From the NCBI GenBank assembly GCA_964016885.1, contig OZ024749.1, positions 2,170,001-2,234,000 of the forward strand: DNA of 64,000 nt, written 5' to 3'. Positions 16,822 to 30,329 of this stretch are shown one piece after another. Both the position numbers and the translations under genes were made by a program. Under the pieces are notes generated by a model, which had not been told where the DNA came from, did not search any database, and saw only the letters and a program-made list of their open reading frames with translations. The stretch is from Eledone cirrhosa (taxonomy: Eukaryota). Each line of letters begins with the position of its first letter. The stretch's first letter is position 1.

Positions 16822-17589
16822 ATGTGTGAGTGTGAGTGTGAGTGAGTGTGTGCAGGTGCGTGTGCGTGTGCGTGTGCGCGCGCGCGCGTGTGTGTGTATG
16901 CATGTCTGTGTAATGTGCCAGAATACAGCATAGCACTAGCTATCTTATTCACAAGATATTCACCAGAACTTTTCTGCAGAAGACCTTTATCCAATATTCT
17001 GTGTTGTAGAATTTATTGTGAGAGTACATACTTATTCCCCGGCTTATTTGATTCTTGAATCTCATTGGCAAGTCTGGTATATTAATTTAATACCACAGAA
17101 TCAGACGAGACATTTTCGTTATATATTTTCCCCTTATTTCGAGATCTATTGTTAATGATATTCGTTGGAAAGAGGATGTTACAATACTCCGAAGATTGGC
17201 ATTCTTCTCTGTTATATAGCTATATATCTGGTGTATCTGTATGTCAGAGCTTTGTTAGAATAACTGCTTCAGGTCATCATCATATTGAGATATCTATGAT
17301 GTGGTCTACAGTAAACAATAGAACAATTGTCAGGATATATCTAAAGTATATCAGAACTTGTAAATGAGCTTGCTGTAATGGTTAGCTTGTTTAAGATAGT
17401 AAAGTAATGTGTTCCCAACCTAGAGGCGTTTTGTGTCTTTAACCTAACAATCTATTTCATCTACCAGTCTACCTAGCTGACCAAAAATGAATTGTATTTG
17501 TAATTCAAATGTCAACCGTGTCGTAATCTGCTAGTGACATTAACAATGAGTCAACATTCCACAAACACGTGTATCCTCAGAGAGTGGCA

Positions 17590-17790
17590 GTGTGTAAAAG
17601 TCTGGCCCTTTGAAGTACAGATATATTCCATCTAATAGGCTTGCAAATAATTTCTTTCTACCCAAATTCACTTAAACTATGTGATCCTACCCGAGATTAT
17701 GGTAAATGAAACCTGCCCAGGTGCAACGTAGTGGGGTCGAATCTGGGACTTAATTACTTCCAAGTGAACCACTTAATCCTCATTCGACCA
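17590..17790 (-). mobile_element. Decayed tRNA-derived SINE
   Basis: Minus strand has a B-box-like GATTCGACCCC followed by GCACCTGGGCAGG, as in cephalopod SINE heads. Confidence 0.5.
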
Positions 17791-18153
17791 CGCTGAATCA
17801 AGGAGACCGGTGTCTTAAGTGAAATAGTTTATATGTAGAGACCTTTTACAGCTCTCCACTACTAGGCTTTCATTATCTTACGCGAAGGGCATGGCTGGGT
17901 CATACTGACTAGCCGAGTATATACCCGCTCTCCAACGCTGCCCCTTCACCGTTTTGCCCGATGGGTGCCGACGATATTGTCCAGTCAATAGTTTGTTACG
18001 ATGCTTCATTCCTATATTTTTCTCATTTTATTTTATTTTGTGCTACAAATGTGTAATGGAACTTGCTTCTACATTTAAGAGTAACCAAAGGAAATCAACT
18101 TTGTTAACATCATGAAAAGTGTGGTGCAGAGACATTAATTTTATTATATATAT

Positions 18154-18595
18154 ATATACACTATATTAATAAATGGAAACTATATTTATAAAACCATAAT
18201 TATTTTATTATATATATTTCAAGGGCGAACAAGGTAAACTATGGTGCGCTTTCATCAGATAAAATACAGATTTGTTTTATAAATGAATATTGACATACTC
18301 GGAAAAAAGACAACTTCAACGGTTGAAATTCGAATTTCAACCGTTGAAGTTGTCTTTTTTCCGAGCATGTCAATATTCATTTATAAAACAAATCTGTATT
18401 TTATCTGATGAAAGCGCACCATAGTTTACCTTGTTCGCCCTTGAAATATATATAATAAAATAATTATGGTTTTATAAATATAGTTTCCATTTATTAATAT
18501 AGTGTATATTTACTCCACCTTTGTTGAGTGGTTTATATCAGTTATAAACATTTTTAAGCTTGTTTAATCCCAACAAATTAAATATAACCTCTGCA
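18154..18595. mobile_element. Solo PLE pseudo-LTR (family C) as a spacerless 356-bp palindrome plus ~85 bp tail
   Basis: 18154-18331 is the reverse complement of 18332-18509 (one mismatch seen). Homologous to the PLE 3' end at 38620-38750. Confidence 0.85.
18397..18462 (+). ncRNA. Type I hammerhead ribozyme motif (mirror copy on the minus strand at 18201-18266)
   Basis: TATTTTAT CTGATGA [AAG...CTT] GAAA TATATA TA ATAAAATA: 8-bp stem I, intact core, palindromic stem III, stem II partly mismatched. Confidence 0.75.
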
Positions 18596-18610
18596 TATAT
18601 ATATATATAT

Positions 18611-18717
<107 letters not shown>

Positions 18718-18822
18718 TGTGTAAGTATAAAGAAAGTGGTCAAGCGCAGAAACGCTATAAAGGAGGCTTAAAAAATAGGGTGAACCCCCTTAGAAGAGGG
18801 AAAAAGAAGTTGCCATCAGCCG

Positions 18823-18900
<78 letters not shown>

Positions 18901-20390
18901 GAAATTATAGTGGCAACTATTGTGATAAATATAAATACTAGTTGGATAAGTTTGGATAAAGTAGCCGAGGAGAGGGAAAGATCGGACCCTGACATCTGCG
19001 GGGGATCGAACAAGGCCTCTCTGGTATGCTAGGCAAAAGAGTTTATCCATTATGGTAAAGGGCCGTTGCTTGCTAATTATCGCAATTTTAAAAAGATTTA
19101 CTAGAAAATATTAAAAAAATGAGTTGATATAATTTACAACACGTTTATCAGTGTAGATTTCAATTAGAAATTTCTGAGAATTGAAATTATCAACTCTAAT
19201 TATCGATATCTATTTGCCTCCAAGTTAGTAAATAGGAGATGGTGTTAGTTTGGTTAGTTAACGTAAATGAAAGGGGAATGTGTTTAGGGACATGTAATAC
19301 CACATTCATTAGTTTATAAAATATCATCATTAATAGTAAAAACATTACATTTACATAATGAAGATTAAGTATTTTGAAATGTCGGACAGTTAAAATTGAT
19401 CAAATGAGAATGCCCCTAATTTAGGGAACTGGAAGATTTATTCAGTTAAATCCCTAGAATCATGTAGAGTTAATCCGAGTTGAAAGTTCTAATTGGAATT
19501 GTGTGTTCATGTAGACATGGACAAAAAACAAGAAGTTGCTCTGACATATACATTAGTAAAGCACAAATTATGGCGGTTGTTTGGCAGGGAATATGTTTAT
19601 GACAGTCAATGGACGAAGAGGATTCTGTATATAAAACCTTCATGGCTTATAAAGTAGATGTAATAGATGGTGAAAACTGGAAAAGGATTTGTGGCCGTAG
19701 GTTTAAGCTGTGTATAACCTTTCGCAAATATGGTGCATCGGTTTATGTTTCCGAATTTATGAAACTTGTCGCCGATGGTTAAAGCAAGGTAGGGAAAATA
19801 AAAGACTGTTTAGAATCTGTAATAGGAAATGAATTTAAATATCGTGATATAAAATCTAATAATAAATAGTCTGCATGGCTATAGAGCGTTGACTTACTTT
19901 ACTAGTCGTATGGTTGTCTGCAGGTCAGTTTATTGAGAAGAGAAAATCGGCAGAGAAAAAGCCAGAGTGAACGAAATAACTCTGTCGTTTATAATACAAA
20001 GCAGACTTGTCTCTTTTTCAGAGCCAATAACATTACATTTCTCCCATAGAGACACACTTCTGTCGGGTTCAACGACAGAAAGAAATTTCTATACAATTGT
20101 GGCTTTTGTAGTCGCTGCAGTCATGTTCTCTTAAGTGCAATAGGAGTAAAACAAAAACAACGCATGAAACATAATGTAAATGGCGACTGGGCAAAAAGTG
20201 TCAAATGAGCTTTAAATCTCTACAAAGAAAGTGACAAGACAGTTTTAGTGGAATACTTCATTAATGTAGTCCTGCTATGGCTATTCTTATATATGTAGTT
20301 CTAATATGGGTGATCATATCTATGTAGTGCCACTACAGGAATTGAAGATTCAAGTACTTTGGCGGTATGTCGCATATCCAATCTCACATA

Positions 20391-20586
20391 TATTTTATCT
20401 GATGAAAACGTAATGAAACACCATTGTACCTTTGGAATATGTATAATGAAATATATACTTTGGTTATGATATTTCTCATTTATTAATATTTTGAATAAAA
20501 TTATAGATACTCCAGATAAAATACTGCTTCTAATCTATTGTAAAATTGAATTCATTGAATAATCAACGAACCATATAAACTTTTGG

Positions 20587-20590
<4 letters not shown>
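20391..20590 (+). mobile_element. Degenerate family C pLTR copy
   Basis: TATTTTATCTGATGAAAACGTA...TACCTTTGGAATATGTATAATGAAATA aligns with the family C ribozyme, but GAAA is mutated. Confidence 0.55.
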
Positions 20591-20644
<54 letters not shown>

Positions 20645-20650
<6 letters not shown>

Positions 20651-20889
20651 CTACTATAGCTGTTATAACTATATATATATATATATATTTATATAGTTCT
20701 ACTATAGCTGTTATAACTATATATATATATATATAGTTCTACTATAGCTGTTATAACTATATATATATATATAGTTCTACTATAGCTGTTATATATATAT
20801 ATATATATATATATAGTTCTACTATAGCTGTTATATATTTATATATATAGTTTTACTATAGCTACTACTGTTACTCACATATGTATTTC

Positions 20890-20928
<39 letters not shown>

Positions 20929-21052
20929 TACCACTACTACCACTACCACTACTTCTACTACAACTACTACTATAACTAACACTACTAGCACTACTACTAT
21001 AACTATCACTACCACTACCAATACTACAACCACTACTACTACCACTACCACA
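20645..21052. repeat. Short tandem ATAGTTCTACTATAGCTGTTATA(ACT) units separated by (TA)n, then (TAC/CAC)n
   Basis: Directly visible. Confidence 0.9.
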
Positions 21053-21524
21053 AGTCATCCCCTACAATATGGCATATAAGCACCTTACACCCTAAAATAA
21101 TTAAAAATAGCTTTAAAAAATGGATGTTACTTCAGAGACTTATGTCTTTATAGCAGTTTATAGTAAACATTTACTGAATAAAACAAACGATTATTATCTC
21201 TAATAATCCCGCCAACATTAACTTATCTTCGATAAAATAAAGTACCAGTAATGTACTGAGTAATTGCTGGCCTTGTACCAAAAGTAGAAACGATTATTTG
21301 TAATGTGATGTAAAATTGTTTTATACTTTACCAAACAATTGTCAATGTATGCCGTCTATCTATGTACATGTATGTGTGTGTATGTATGTATGTAATACAT
21401 ATATGTATGTATGTATGTAATACATATATGTATGTATGTATGTAATACATACATACATACACATGTAATACATGTGTATGTATGTATGTATTTAATACAT
21501 ACATACATACTATGTATGTATGTA

Positions 21525-22046
21525 TGTCGGGTCACTCTTGAGTGCTACTGGTAACATGTAACCCAGTACTAACTGTCGCATGGTCGGGTCGTCGGGGACG
21601 AAACCGGCAACCCTACCAAGTTTACTTGGTGAGGAGGGTGATTTTGGACACCCTGCAGGACAAATATAAAAACCTGACAAAGGACGGAAGAACTCATATG
21701 AGTCAACGGCCAAGCAAATGTGTGTAAATATGTATATAGACATGTACCGCGAGGTTAAACCACTGGGAGTGAAGGATCCCTAGCCTTTGTCAGGGCATTC
21801 TTCTAGGAGAAGGCAACTCAGGAAACTCGGATAACTCCGATATAAAACCTGCGGCTCAGTAGTTACCGATGATGTTGATCTTTTCTTCTTTTCGGGTTAT
21901 AGCTACTATCGCTCAGAGAGTGGGATTCGTTCAGTGCACTTTAAAAATATCTTCACGCACAAGCATTGCACGATAGAATTAATTAATAATTATTAATAGT
22001 GGTGTATCGTGTAATGGCCATACTCGATAACGAGGGGGCAGCCATC
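21525..22046 (+). mobile_element. Non-coding interspersed retroelement family D (probably non-autonomous, RTE-like), in (TATG)n
   Basis: Clear homologs at 51334-51954 (+), 55261-55870 (-) and a 3' fragment at 34157-34213 (-). 3' stem-loop ACTCG-NNNN-CGAG. The RTE assignment is an inference from the UTR-like CTAGGAGAAGG motif and microsatellite tails. Confidence 0.65.
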
Positions 22047-22251
22047 ATTGTCATCATGTATGTATGTATGAGGATTATATCTACTTGTATACGCGTGCAT
22101 GTGTGTGGTTTTCCGATACAAAATCAAGGTCATGTTGTGTTCCAATTAAGGTGACCCCTACTTAAAAATATATAAAAAATAAACATAACCCTCATATGGG
22201 TTATAATGCCATCGCAGATTAATATCTAGTTAGAGTGAATAGAGTATAATT

Positions 22252-22530
22252 GTAGAGTGACCCACTACATGGAAAACATAATAGAGTGTAGTGATGGATG
22301 TATTGTAGAGTGACCCACTACATGGAAAACATAATAGAGTGTAGTGATGAATGTATTGTAGAGTGACCCCTTCTATAGAAAACATAGTCTAGACATGGAT
22401 GAGTGACCCGTTCTATAGAAAACATAGTCGAGGCATGGAGGAGTGACCCCTTCTATAGAAAACATAGACTGTAGACATGGTTCAGTGACCCCTACATGGA
22501 TGTATTGAAGACTGTCCCCTTGTATAGAAA
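22252..22530. repeat. Minisatellite with ~53-bp and ~40-bp related units (GAGTGACCC...GAAAACATA)
   Basis: Directly visible. Confidence 0.85.
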
Positions 22531-22859
22531 CTAAAAGAAATAATAAACATGAAAATAAGATGGAGGTGGAATATAAAGATTGTGAAAGGATTACGTAAGA
22601 TGATGGAGATTAATTTAATTGATTTTCCCTCATATGTTTTCTGCAGTAACTTAATTGTAATATTATCTAAGAGCTAAAGTTTAATTTGTGTATTTTTATT
22701 CCATAATTAAACGGCCATTTATTGCTGATTAAATGTAAGCAGCAATTTAACAATTCCTGATCTGAAATCGCATTATAATTTCATGTGTAATGTGGTGTGT
22801 AAAATATCTCTCATGGCTTCCACATTAAATAGCAATGTAGTTTAACTCGGTTTTAGCAA

Positions 22860-23010
22860 GTATGATTGTGTAGTTAAGGTGTTAGCTACGTAAACCAAAC
22901 GCGTGAATGGGGTGTCAGTCCACCGCATGTCACCTGTCGGCAAGTGTCTTCTACTATAGCCCCGTGTTAGGAAATATTATGTAAATGAAACTGTGTGAAA
23001 GCTCGGTGTA
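22860..23010 (+). mobile_element. Decayed tRNA-derived SINE (octopus-type)
   Basis: Contains GGCAAGTGTCTTCTACTATAGCC after a tRNA-like head. Confidence 0.6.
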
Positions 23011-23304
23011 GCTATTTTCCCCTCTCACTCTATTTCAATGTATATATATATATATATATATGTATATGTATATACATACATATATATGTATATACATATA
23101 TATACATATATATATATACACTTATACTTATATATATATATACATATATATATACTTATACTTATATATATATACATATATATATATATATACTTATATA
23201 TATATATATATATATATATACTTATACTTATATATATATATATATACTTATACTTATATATATATATACTTATACTTATATATATATATATATACTTATA
23301 CTTA

Positions 23305-23342
<38 letters not shown>

Positions 23343-23492
23343 CTTATACTTATATATATATACTTATACTTATATATATATACTTATACTTATATATATA
23401 TACTTATACTTATATATATATATATACACATATATATATATATACTTATACTTATATATATATATATACACATATATATATATATACTTATA

Positions 23493-23549
<57 letters not shown>

Positions 23550-23552
<3 letters not shown>

Positions 23553-24225
23553 AGTAGAAGGGGTATTTATTTAATTTGTTGGAAATCCAACAAATATAAA
23601 TGTTTATAACTGATTTAGAGCACTCAACATTTACTGGAGTAAATATTCAATGATATTAAATAAATGGAAACTATATTTATAAAACCATTGGATTAGCAGT
23701 ATCGGTAGAGAATCGGACGTCATGCTTTCCAGCATAGTTACCTCCCTTTACGATCTGAGTTCAAATCCTGCCGAGGTTGACTTTGCCTTTCATCCTTACG
23801 GGGTCGATAAAATAAAGTACCAGTAATGCACTGGGTAATTTGCTGGCCTTGTGCCTAAAGTAGAAACAATTATATATATTCAAGGGTACCAAGACACATT
23901 GGTACGCTTTCATCAGATAAAATACAAAGTTTGTTTTATAAATAGAGACATACCCATGAAAATCATACCTTAACGGTTGGATAGTCACTAGATAGTGAAT
24001 ATCCAGTGAATATCCAGTGAATATCCAACTATCCAGTGAATATCCAACTATCCAGTGAATATCCTACCGATAAGGTATGATTTTCATGGGTATGTCTCTA
24101 TTTATAAAACAAACTTTATATTTTATCTGATGAAAGCGTACCAATGTGTCTTGATACCCTTGAAATATATATAAATAAAATAAATATGGTTTTATAAATA
24201 TAGTTTCCATTTATTTAATATTATT
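23550..24225. mobile_element. Family C pLTR fold-back element with a SINE in the left arm and TATCCAGTGAA mini-repeats at the centre
   Basis: Left arm ~23650-23975 and right arm ~24065-24225 are inverted; HHR motif at 24119-24182 (+); tail 23550-23650 is the reverse-complement homolog of 18510-18595. Confidence 0.8.
23690..23870 (+). mobile_element. tRNA-derived SINE with Meta-domain-like core; other copies ~21205-21297(+), 25846-26045(+), 28960-29086(+), 36492-36681(-), 50501-50620(+)
   Basis: B-box GAGTTCAAATCC then GAGGTTGACTTTGCCTTTCATCCTTACGGGGTCGATAAAATAAAGTACCAGT, with a (TTA)-type tail; repeated many times in the window. Confidence 0.85.
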
Positions 24226-24303
24226 GTGTGTATGTATATATATATATATGTGTGTGTGTGTGTTTGTATATATATATATATACAAACACACACACAGACA
24301 CAT

Positions 24304-24338
<35 letters not shown>

Positions 24339-24577
24339 AGTAGTACTGTCAAATATATAAACCTGAACGTAGAAACACCCAGAAGAAACGCAAACCAATT
24401 ATTGAATGTCCTATACTTAAATAATTCACTGAGGAAACCAAGTCAACAGTACTCAACAGTACACAACAGTACACAAGCCAGCTAGTGGAGATGACCATTC
24501 CAAACTGGTACTTATTACATTCATAACAACACAGACAATCAACTAAACGTCTATACTAGCTACATACTGATTACATC

Positions 24578-24910
24578 AGAAGAAATCGAAGAACTTGGTT
24601 GAGAAAAACTCCCTCTCCCACCTTATTCTCCGGACCTCGCTCCTCATTACCATTTGTTTCGAAGCTTACAGAATCGTTTAGATAGAACTGGACTAATAAA
24701 CCACAAAGAGGTCAGAACTGACCCCTCTTCCCTCTTCTCATCAAAACCAAAAGGGATTTTCACCAATAGAATTTAAAACTTGATGATTAGATGGAGGGAG
24801 GTGATCGATAATCCTGGGAATATATAGAGGACTAATTTGTAATAAAATGTAACATTTGGTGACTGGTTTCTTACACAAATTTCAGAAATTACTTATGGGA
24901 TGACCTGATA
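24578..24910 (+). mobile_element. Mariner transposon 3' fragment with probable right TIR
   Basis: Translates EELG*EKLPLPPYSPDLAP-/YHLFRSLQNRL...RWREVIDN (mariner YSPDLAPxDYHLF motif); ends TTACTTATGGGATGACCTGA-TA. Confidence 0.88.
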
Positions 24911-25009
24911 TGACATCCATCATAATCTCATACCTGGGTTCAATCGGGGGTAACCACAGCGAGGAAGCTCCTCAATACATTAGTAGAGTATATACAAAGT
25001 TTAATATAG

Positions 25010-25110
25010 AAATGTCTTCTACGGGACAAGAACTGTTTCATTTGAAAGAAATCATGAGGAAAGCCCTGATGATCTCCTTCGAATGAAACAGTTCCAGTCC
25101 TGTAGAAGCC

Positions 25111-25114
<4 letters not shown>
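25010..25114. repeat. Imperfect hairpin (~50 bp arms) with CTGATGA...GAAA on the right arm, abutting (TA)n
   Basis: AAATGTCTTCTACGGGAC...CATGAGG versus CCTGATG...GTCCTGTAGAAGCCATTT. Confidence 0.75.
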
Positions 25115-25163
<49 letters not shown>

Positions 25164-25239
25164 GGACGCGTCCCTGTTTATGTCCAGTAACGTAGTGGTT
25201 CGATATAAGGCGTTCGATAAAATACAAAATTTCAAAAAT

Positions 25240-25582
25240 TTATTTCAAATTGCTCCTGCATGGCCGCAGTCGAATAAAGTGCGTAGCTCGGAGATCAGAG
25301 AATCACTCCAGGTAGAGCCACTACTTCTCTGAATTGAGAGATCACAGCTTCGATACTATGGGCATGTGGTTAGAATGTCTGAGAATCGCTGCGCACATTT
25401 TTCGAGCAAAACCAACCGACAGGAGACCCAGGGGTAGACCCTGAGCAAGATGGTTGGATAACACCCATGGGCTTGGCTGGTCTCACTTGGAGACGGTTGC
25501 TTCTGACAGGACCTGCTGGAAGGAGTGTTTGAGGACTCTTCCCCCACGACCCTTCTCAGGAATAAGAAGAGAAGAGAGAGAA
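25240..25582 (+). mobile_element. RTE-clade LINE 3' fragment
   Basis: RESLQVEPLLL*IERSQLRYYGHVVRM...RRPRGRP*ARWLD, a typical RTE C-terminus; GAA/GA-rich tail. Confidence 0.85.
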
Positions 25583-26552
25583 TAATTTCCCTCTCTTAAT
25601 CGCAGTTTGTTTACATTAAGTAAATCATTGGTTGGAAATCCCAATTCTAACCTGGTTTATCTACTTACAAACATATAGATAATATCTTAGCGTGAGTGGA
25701 AACAGTTTTATCTGTAATGCTAAATGTTAGATATATAATTATCTTCTTTACAGATATTACACACGTATGTTACGTAAGTTCGACATAAGTAAAGTCACGC
25801 TTTCGTAACACAAACAGTTCTTTGCTTACATTACACATTTTTATTTGGCACTAACGGCAGAGCATCGGAAACTATGCTTCGCGACATAGAGTTATGTCTC
25901 TTTATGTTCTGAGTTAAAATCCCGTCGAAGTTAGCTTTGCCTTTCATCTTTATGGGGTCGATAAAATAAAGTACCAGTTATGCGCTGCGGTTGGCCCTCC
26001 CACCAAAATTGCTGGTCTTGTGCTTAATGTAGAAACCATTATTAATAGTAGTGTTAATGCTATTAAGGCCGATGAGTTGCAGGGATTTTATTTTTACTAT
26101 TTAATGCGAAAGGGGAATTCAGTTCCCATAACAGTGTTCATGGTTTCTCAGAATGCTGAGGCGAAGACCTGTTATTTGAAAACCGAAGACCAATCCTCAA
26201 AACAGAGTGGACTCCACTAGATATACACAGGGACCAGACGGTAGGGTTTACAACAGTGAAGAAGTCTACAGAGGAACCCTCCCAGCAAAACCTCTCCTAC
26301 GATGCTCTAGTAATTCGGCCATTTCCCTGCATCGTCTCCTATTTTGTTTGATCGACACCAAAAATATAAAAAAGCAAAATTCTACAATTCAGAACATAGA
26401 GAACCGGAAACATACTGTGAGACCAGTTTTCTCTGGCGCTCTATCGACTTTACCAATTTGCAACAGAAAATCAGTGGTACGACTTCTCGCTCGTCACTTG
26501 ATTTATCTAATAATATAATAGCTTTGTGTATTTGTCCGTCACACACTAGAGA

Positions 26553-26953
26553 TGACTGAGGAAGGAAGGGGTGATTCCGTCGACTGAGGAAGAAAGGGGT
26601 GATTACGTCGACTGAGGAAGGAAGGGGTGATGACGTCGACTGAGGAAGGAAGGGGTGATGACGACGACTGAGGAAGGAAGGGGTGATTACGTCGACTGGG
26701 GAAGGAAGGGGTGATGACGTCAACTGAGGAAGGAAGGGGTGATGACGTCAACTGAGGAAGGAAGGGGTGATGACGTCGACTGAGGAAGGAAGGGGTGATG
26801 ACGTCGACTGAGGAAGGAAGGGTGATGACGTCGACTGACGAAGGAAGGGGTGCTGACGTCGACTGAGGAAGGAAGGGTGATGACGTCGACTGACGAAGGA
26901 AGGGGTGCTGACGTCGACTGAGGAAGGAAGGGTTGATTACGTCGACTGAGGAA
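26553..26953. repeat. 28-bp purine-rich minisatellite, ~14 copies
   Basis: Unit GTCGACTGAGGAAGGAAGGGGTGATGAC. Confidence 0.95.
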
Positions 26954-28262
26954 AGAGGAGTCGCAGTGTCTAATATTTGCTACACCTGTGCGTGTGTATG
27001 TATAGCGAGTTAACTACACACATTGGCTGTTATGATTCTGTGTGTGTTTCTGTGTGTGTACATGTGTGTTTGTGTCAATTATATTTATATATGATCTTTG
27101 TGTGGGAGTGTATGTATTTGTGTGTGCTTACTTAGAAAGAATCCTAGACAATAGAATTACAAACACACACGAATCTACACATACTTATATATATAGACAG
27201 ACACACTTAGAAAATATAATTATTACATACACACACATCTATGTGATGACTGAGGAAGGGAGTGGGGAGAAACTGTAGGAGTCCAGCGTTCTAAGATTCG
27301 CCACAGCTCTGTATATGTCAGTATCAAGTGAGTAAGTGAGTGCAAATCAACCAACAACAACAAACATCTCTTTTTTATATTATGTATATATATTACAATT
27401 AGCCGTCACTTTTGACGGCATCGAGCAAGTTAGTGTATTTATAAATTTGAAGATAATATCTTGCAAATTGCGTGGAAGGTTTATCTGTAAAACTGCGTCT
27501 AATCTGCCTCTTTATCTTATTTAAAGGGATTATAAAGGTATACAGAGCAGGTAATCCTGACAAGTCACCTTCTCTAAACATTTCTTTGTTTAGATTACAT
27601 GAAGTTGAGGGTGCAGTATGATGTACTGTTTTCTAGCAAATATTTTGATAGGTGGATAGCAATGGTGGGAATGGTGGGAATATCATATAGTCGGCATTCC
27701 TGAAACACGAGGGTGGGGAAGAGATGAATATCTCTGCTCTGCCAGCAGTGTTATTCTTCTCCCCCTATCTATCTCTTGACACACACACACATACACATAT
27801 ACACACACACATACACACAAACACACATACACATACACACATACATACACACACATACACACACATACACACATACACGCATACACACATACACACACAT
27901 ACGCACACATATGTACACACATATACACACACGCACATACACACACATACACACGCACACACACACACACACGCATGTGTGTATGTGTGTGTTGTGAAGC
28001 AATGAAATCAGTACATACCTATATAATAAAGGGGAGCAGCTGGGGAGGAAATTAGCCTTAATTGACAGGGTTACTATGGTTTTTGTGTCCCATGAATGGA
28101 ACTGGGAGTTCCTCCTCCAATTTTGGAGGGACTTTGCTTTGTTTTCATTCTCCAGTTCTCCATTTTCAATTTGTTCACGTGAGCGATCACTTTGACAGGT
28201 TTTCATAGAAATACACCGCATCCACTTGTGAGCCATAGCAACAAAATCACACACACGGGTAT

Positions 28263-28352
<90 letters not shown>

Positions 28353-28629
28353 GATATGACTGGGTCTTTCATTCATAAAAAAAACAGCCAAGAAACCCCA
28401 TGTGAGATGTAACCACATACTAGGTAAATGTAGGATCCGTGAGGTATAACAATAACACTCTCTGATGAAAGAAGGTAAGATTGTTACAGCTGGGATTATA
28501 ATCCCAGGACGTAAGGGTGTAATTATATAGAGCAATGTATATTAGTCACTTCTCCCATGATAGAATCCACATGGGGATGGAAGAACATTTCTGTACTTAA
28601 TAGAACCTCATATTATATTGCAGCTGTAC

Positions 28630-28930
28630 TTTATGTGAAGGGGTTTACTGGAGTTGTTCGGTTCTCAAATATATATTTATGGGTTCGATTCCTCGCAGTG
28701 CGAAGAGCCCTTGGGCAAGAAACTTTATTTCACCTTGCTCCCAGAGAATTACGTTAAAGGTAGACATGGCTGTAGAATGTTCAGACACTTGCTCATTAAT
28801 CTCTCAAGCCGGCTGCTCGGTTGTTCATGCATCTGGAACACTCATTGTTCTAAGCGATGTAGGTTCATCAAGAACCAACGAAACTCCTGTTATTTGACAA
28901 CTTTCTAAAAGGTGTACCACAAGGAGAAGA
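28630..28930 (+). mobile_element. tRNA-derived SINE
   Basis: GGTTCGATTCC B box followed by CCCTTGGGCAAGAAACTTTATTTCACCTTGCTC. Confidence 0.6.
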
Positions 28931-29616
28931 CCCATCATACTTATATTATGTTATATAGAGGGTCGGACGCTCCTCCCTTTACGATCTGAGTTCAAAATCC
29001 CGCCGAGGTTAACTTTGCCTTTCATCCTTACGGGAACAATAAAATAAAGTACCAGTAATGCCTTGTGCCAAAAGTAGAAACTATTATGTTATATAGTTGT
29101 TCTGTTAGGTGTCAAGATGTACTTCAATACGTATGTGTACATCATTAACATTCAGCTCAATGATAGAAATTATTAAAAAAACAGGATATTTATAGCCGTC
29201 TAGATATATATTTAATACATATATCACAGGATTTGATAGAAACTAGGAACTCTGTATCATGACACAACACGAACTATCGGAAAACTGGTCGTAGAAAGCG
29301 AAGGAGATGCAACAAATACAATAATAGATGTGCCATTTATATTGTCTTACAGCAACTATGAAAGTAAGCTGTGTGTTTTTTTTTATTAACTGGGGAACGT
29401 TTTATTAATTTTTTACGTTTCTTTAAATATATTTTACTTTATATTTCCTTACTAATAAATCTCTGATGTAAAAGAAGAGCAAAGATATAACTAAGCGGGA
29501 ATTAAAAGAAAGATGTCTTGCACCGAAAGCAGCAATACAGATAATGATACATAAAAATAGTATCAGTAGTGAAGACACTTTTTACATTAAATAATAATAA
29601 TAATTCTCTCTCTCTC

Positions 29617-29647
<31 letters not shown>

Positions 29648-29649
29648 CT

Positions 29650-29747
<98 letters not shown>

Positions 29748-29820
29748 CATACATATATACATATAAATAAATAAATATATATATATATATATATATACAT
29801 ACATATATACATATAAATAA

Positions 29821-29926
<106 letters not shown>

Positions 29927-30329
29927 CGTATATAGAAGCATTCGTGATATTTAGAGGTTGTAATTTATGGCGTCTTTTTATAAGAGTTGTGTGAAGAGAA
30001 TGTTTACTCGGTAGCCTGTCATGTTTGTACAGGATACGTTTCGTGTGTATATATACTGCAGATTTCTGTGACACACATACCCGCACATCAACACACACGT
30101 TCACCCCACCTCACACACACACACTCACACACATACACATATATATATATGTATATGTGTGTTTGTGTGAGTGTATTGGCGAGTCCTGTGTAAACAGAAA
30201 AATATAGCTGATTAGACAGAGGAGAGCGATCTATAAGTGTGGCATAGTCGTGGATCTTCAGTCACTTCTATACCTTAGCAGTAATAATAATAGTGGTAAT
30301 AATGATAATAATAATAATAATAATAATAA

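Noticed and set aside
18975-19070. tRNA-like sequence on the minus strand (GTTCGATCC)
   Set aside because: No complete cloverleaf; more likely a decayed SINE head.
19400-19900. Possible further PLE C-terminal relic on the minus strand
   Set aside because: Similarity is too weak to support by eye.
21540-21660. Twister- or HDV-like ribozyme in the family D 5' end (TAAC, GTCCCA, GAGGG, CTAA motifs)
   Set aside because: The required P1/P2 pairings could not be built, and GAGGG is taken up by a local AGGGTG/CACCCT hairpin.
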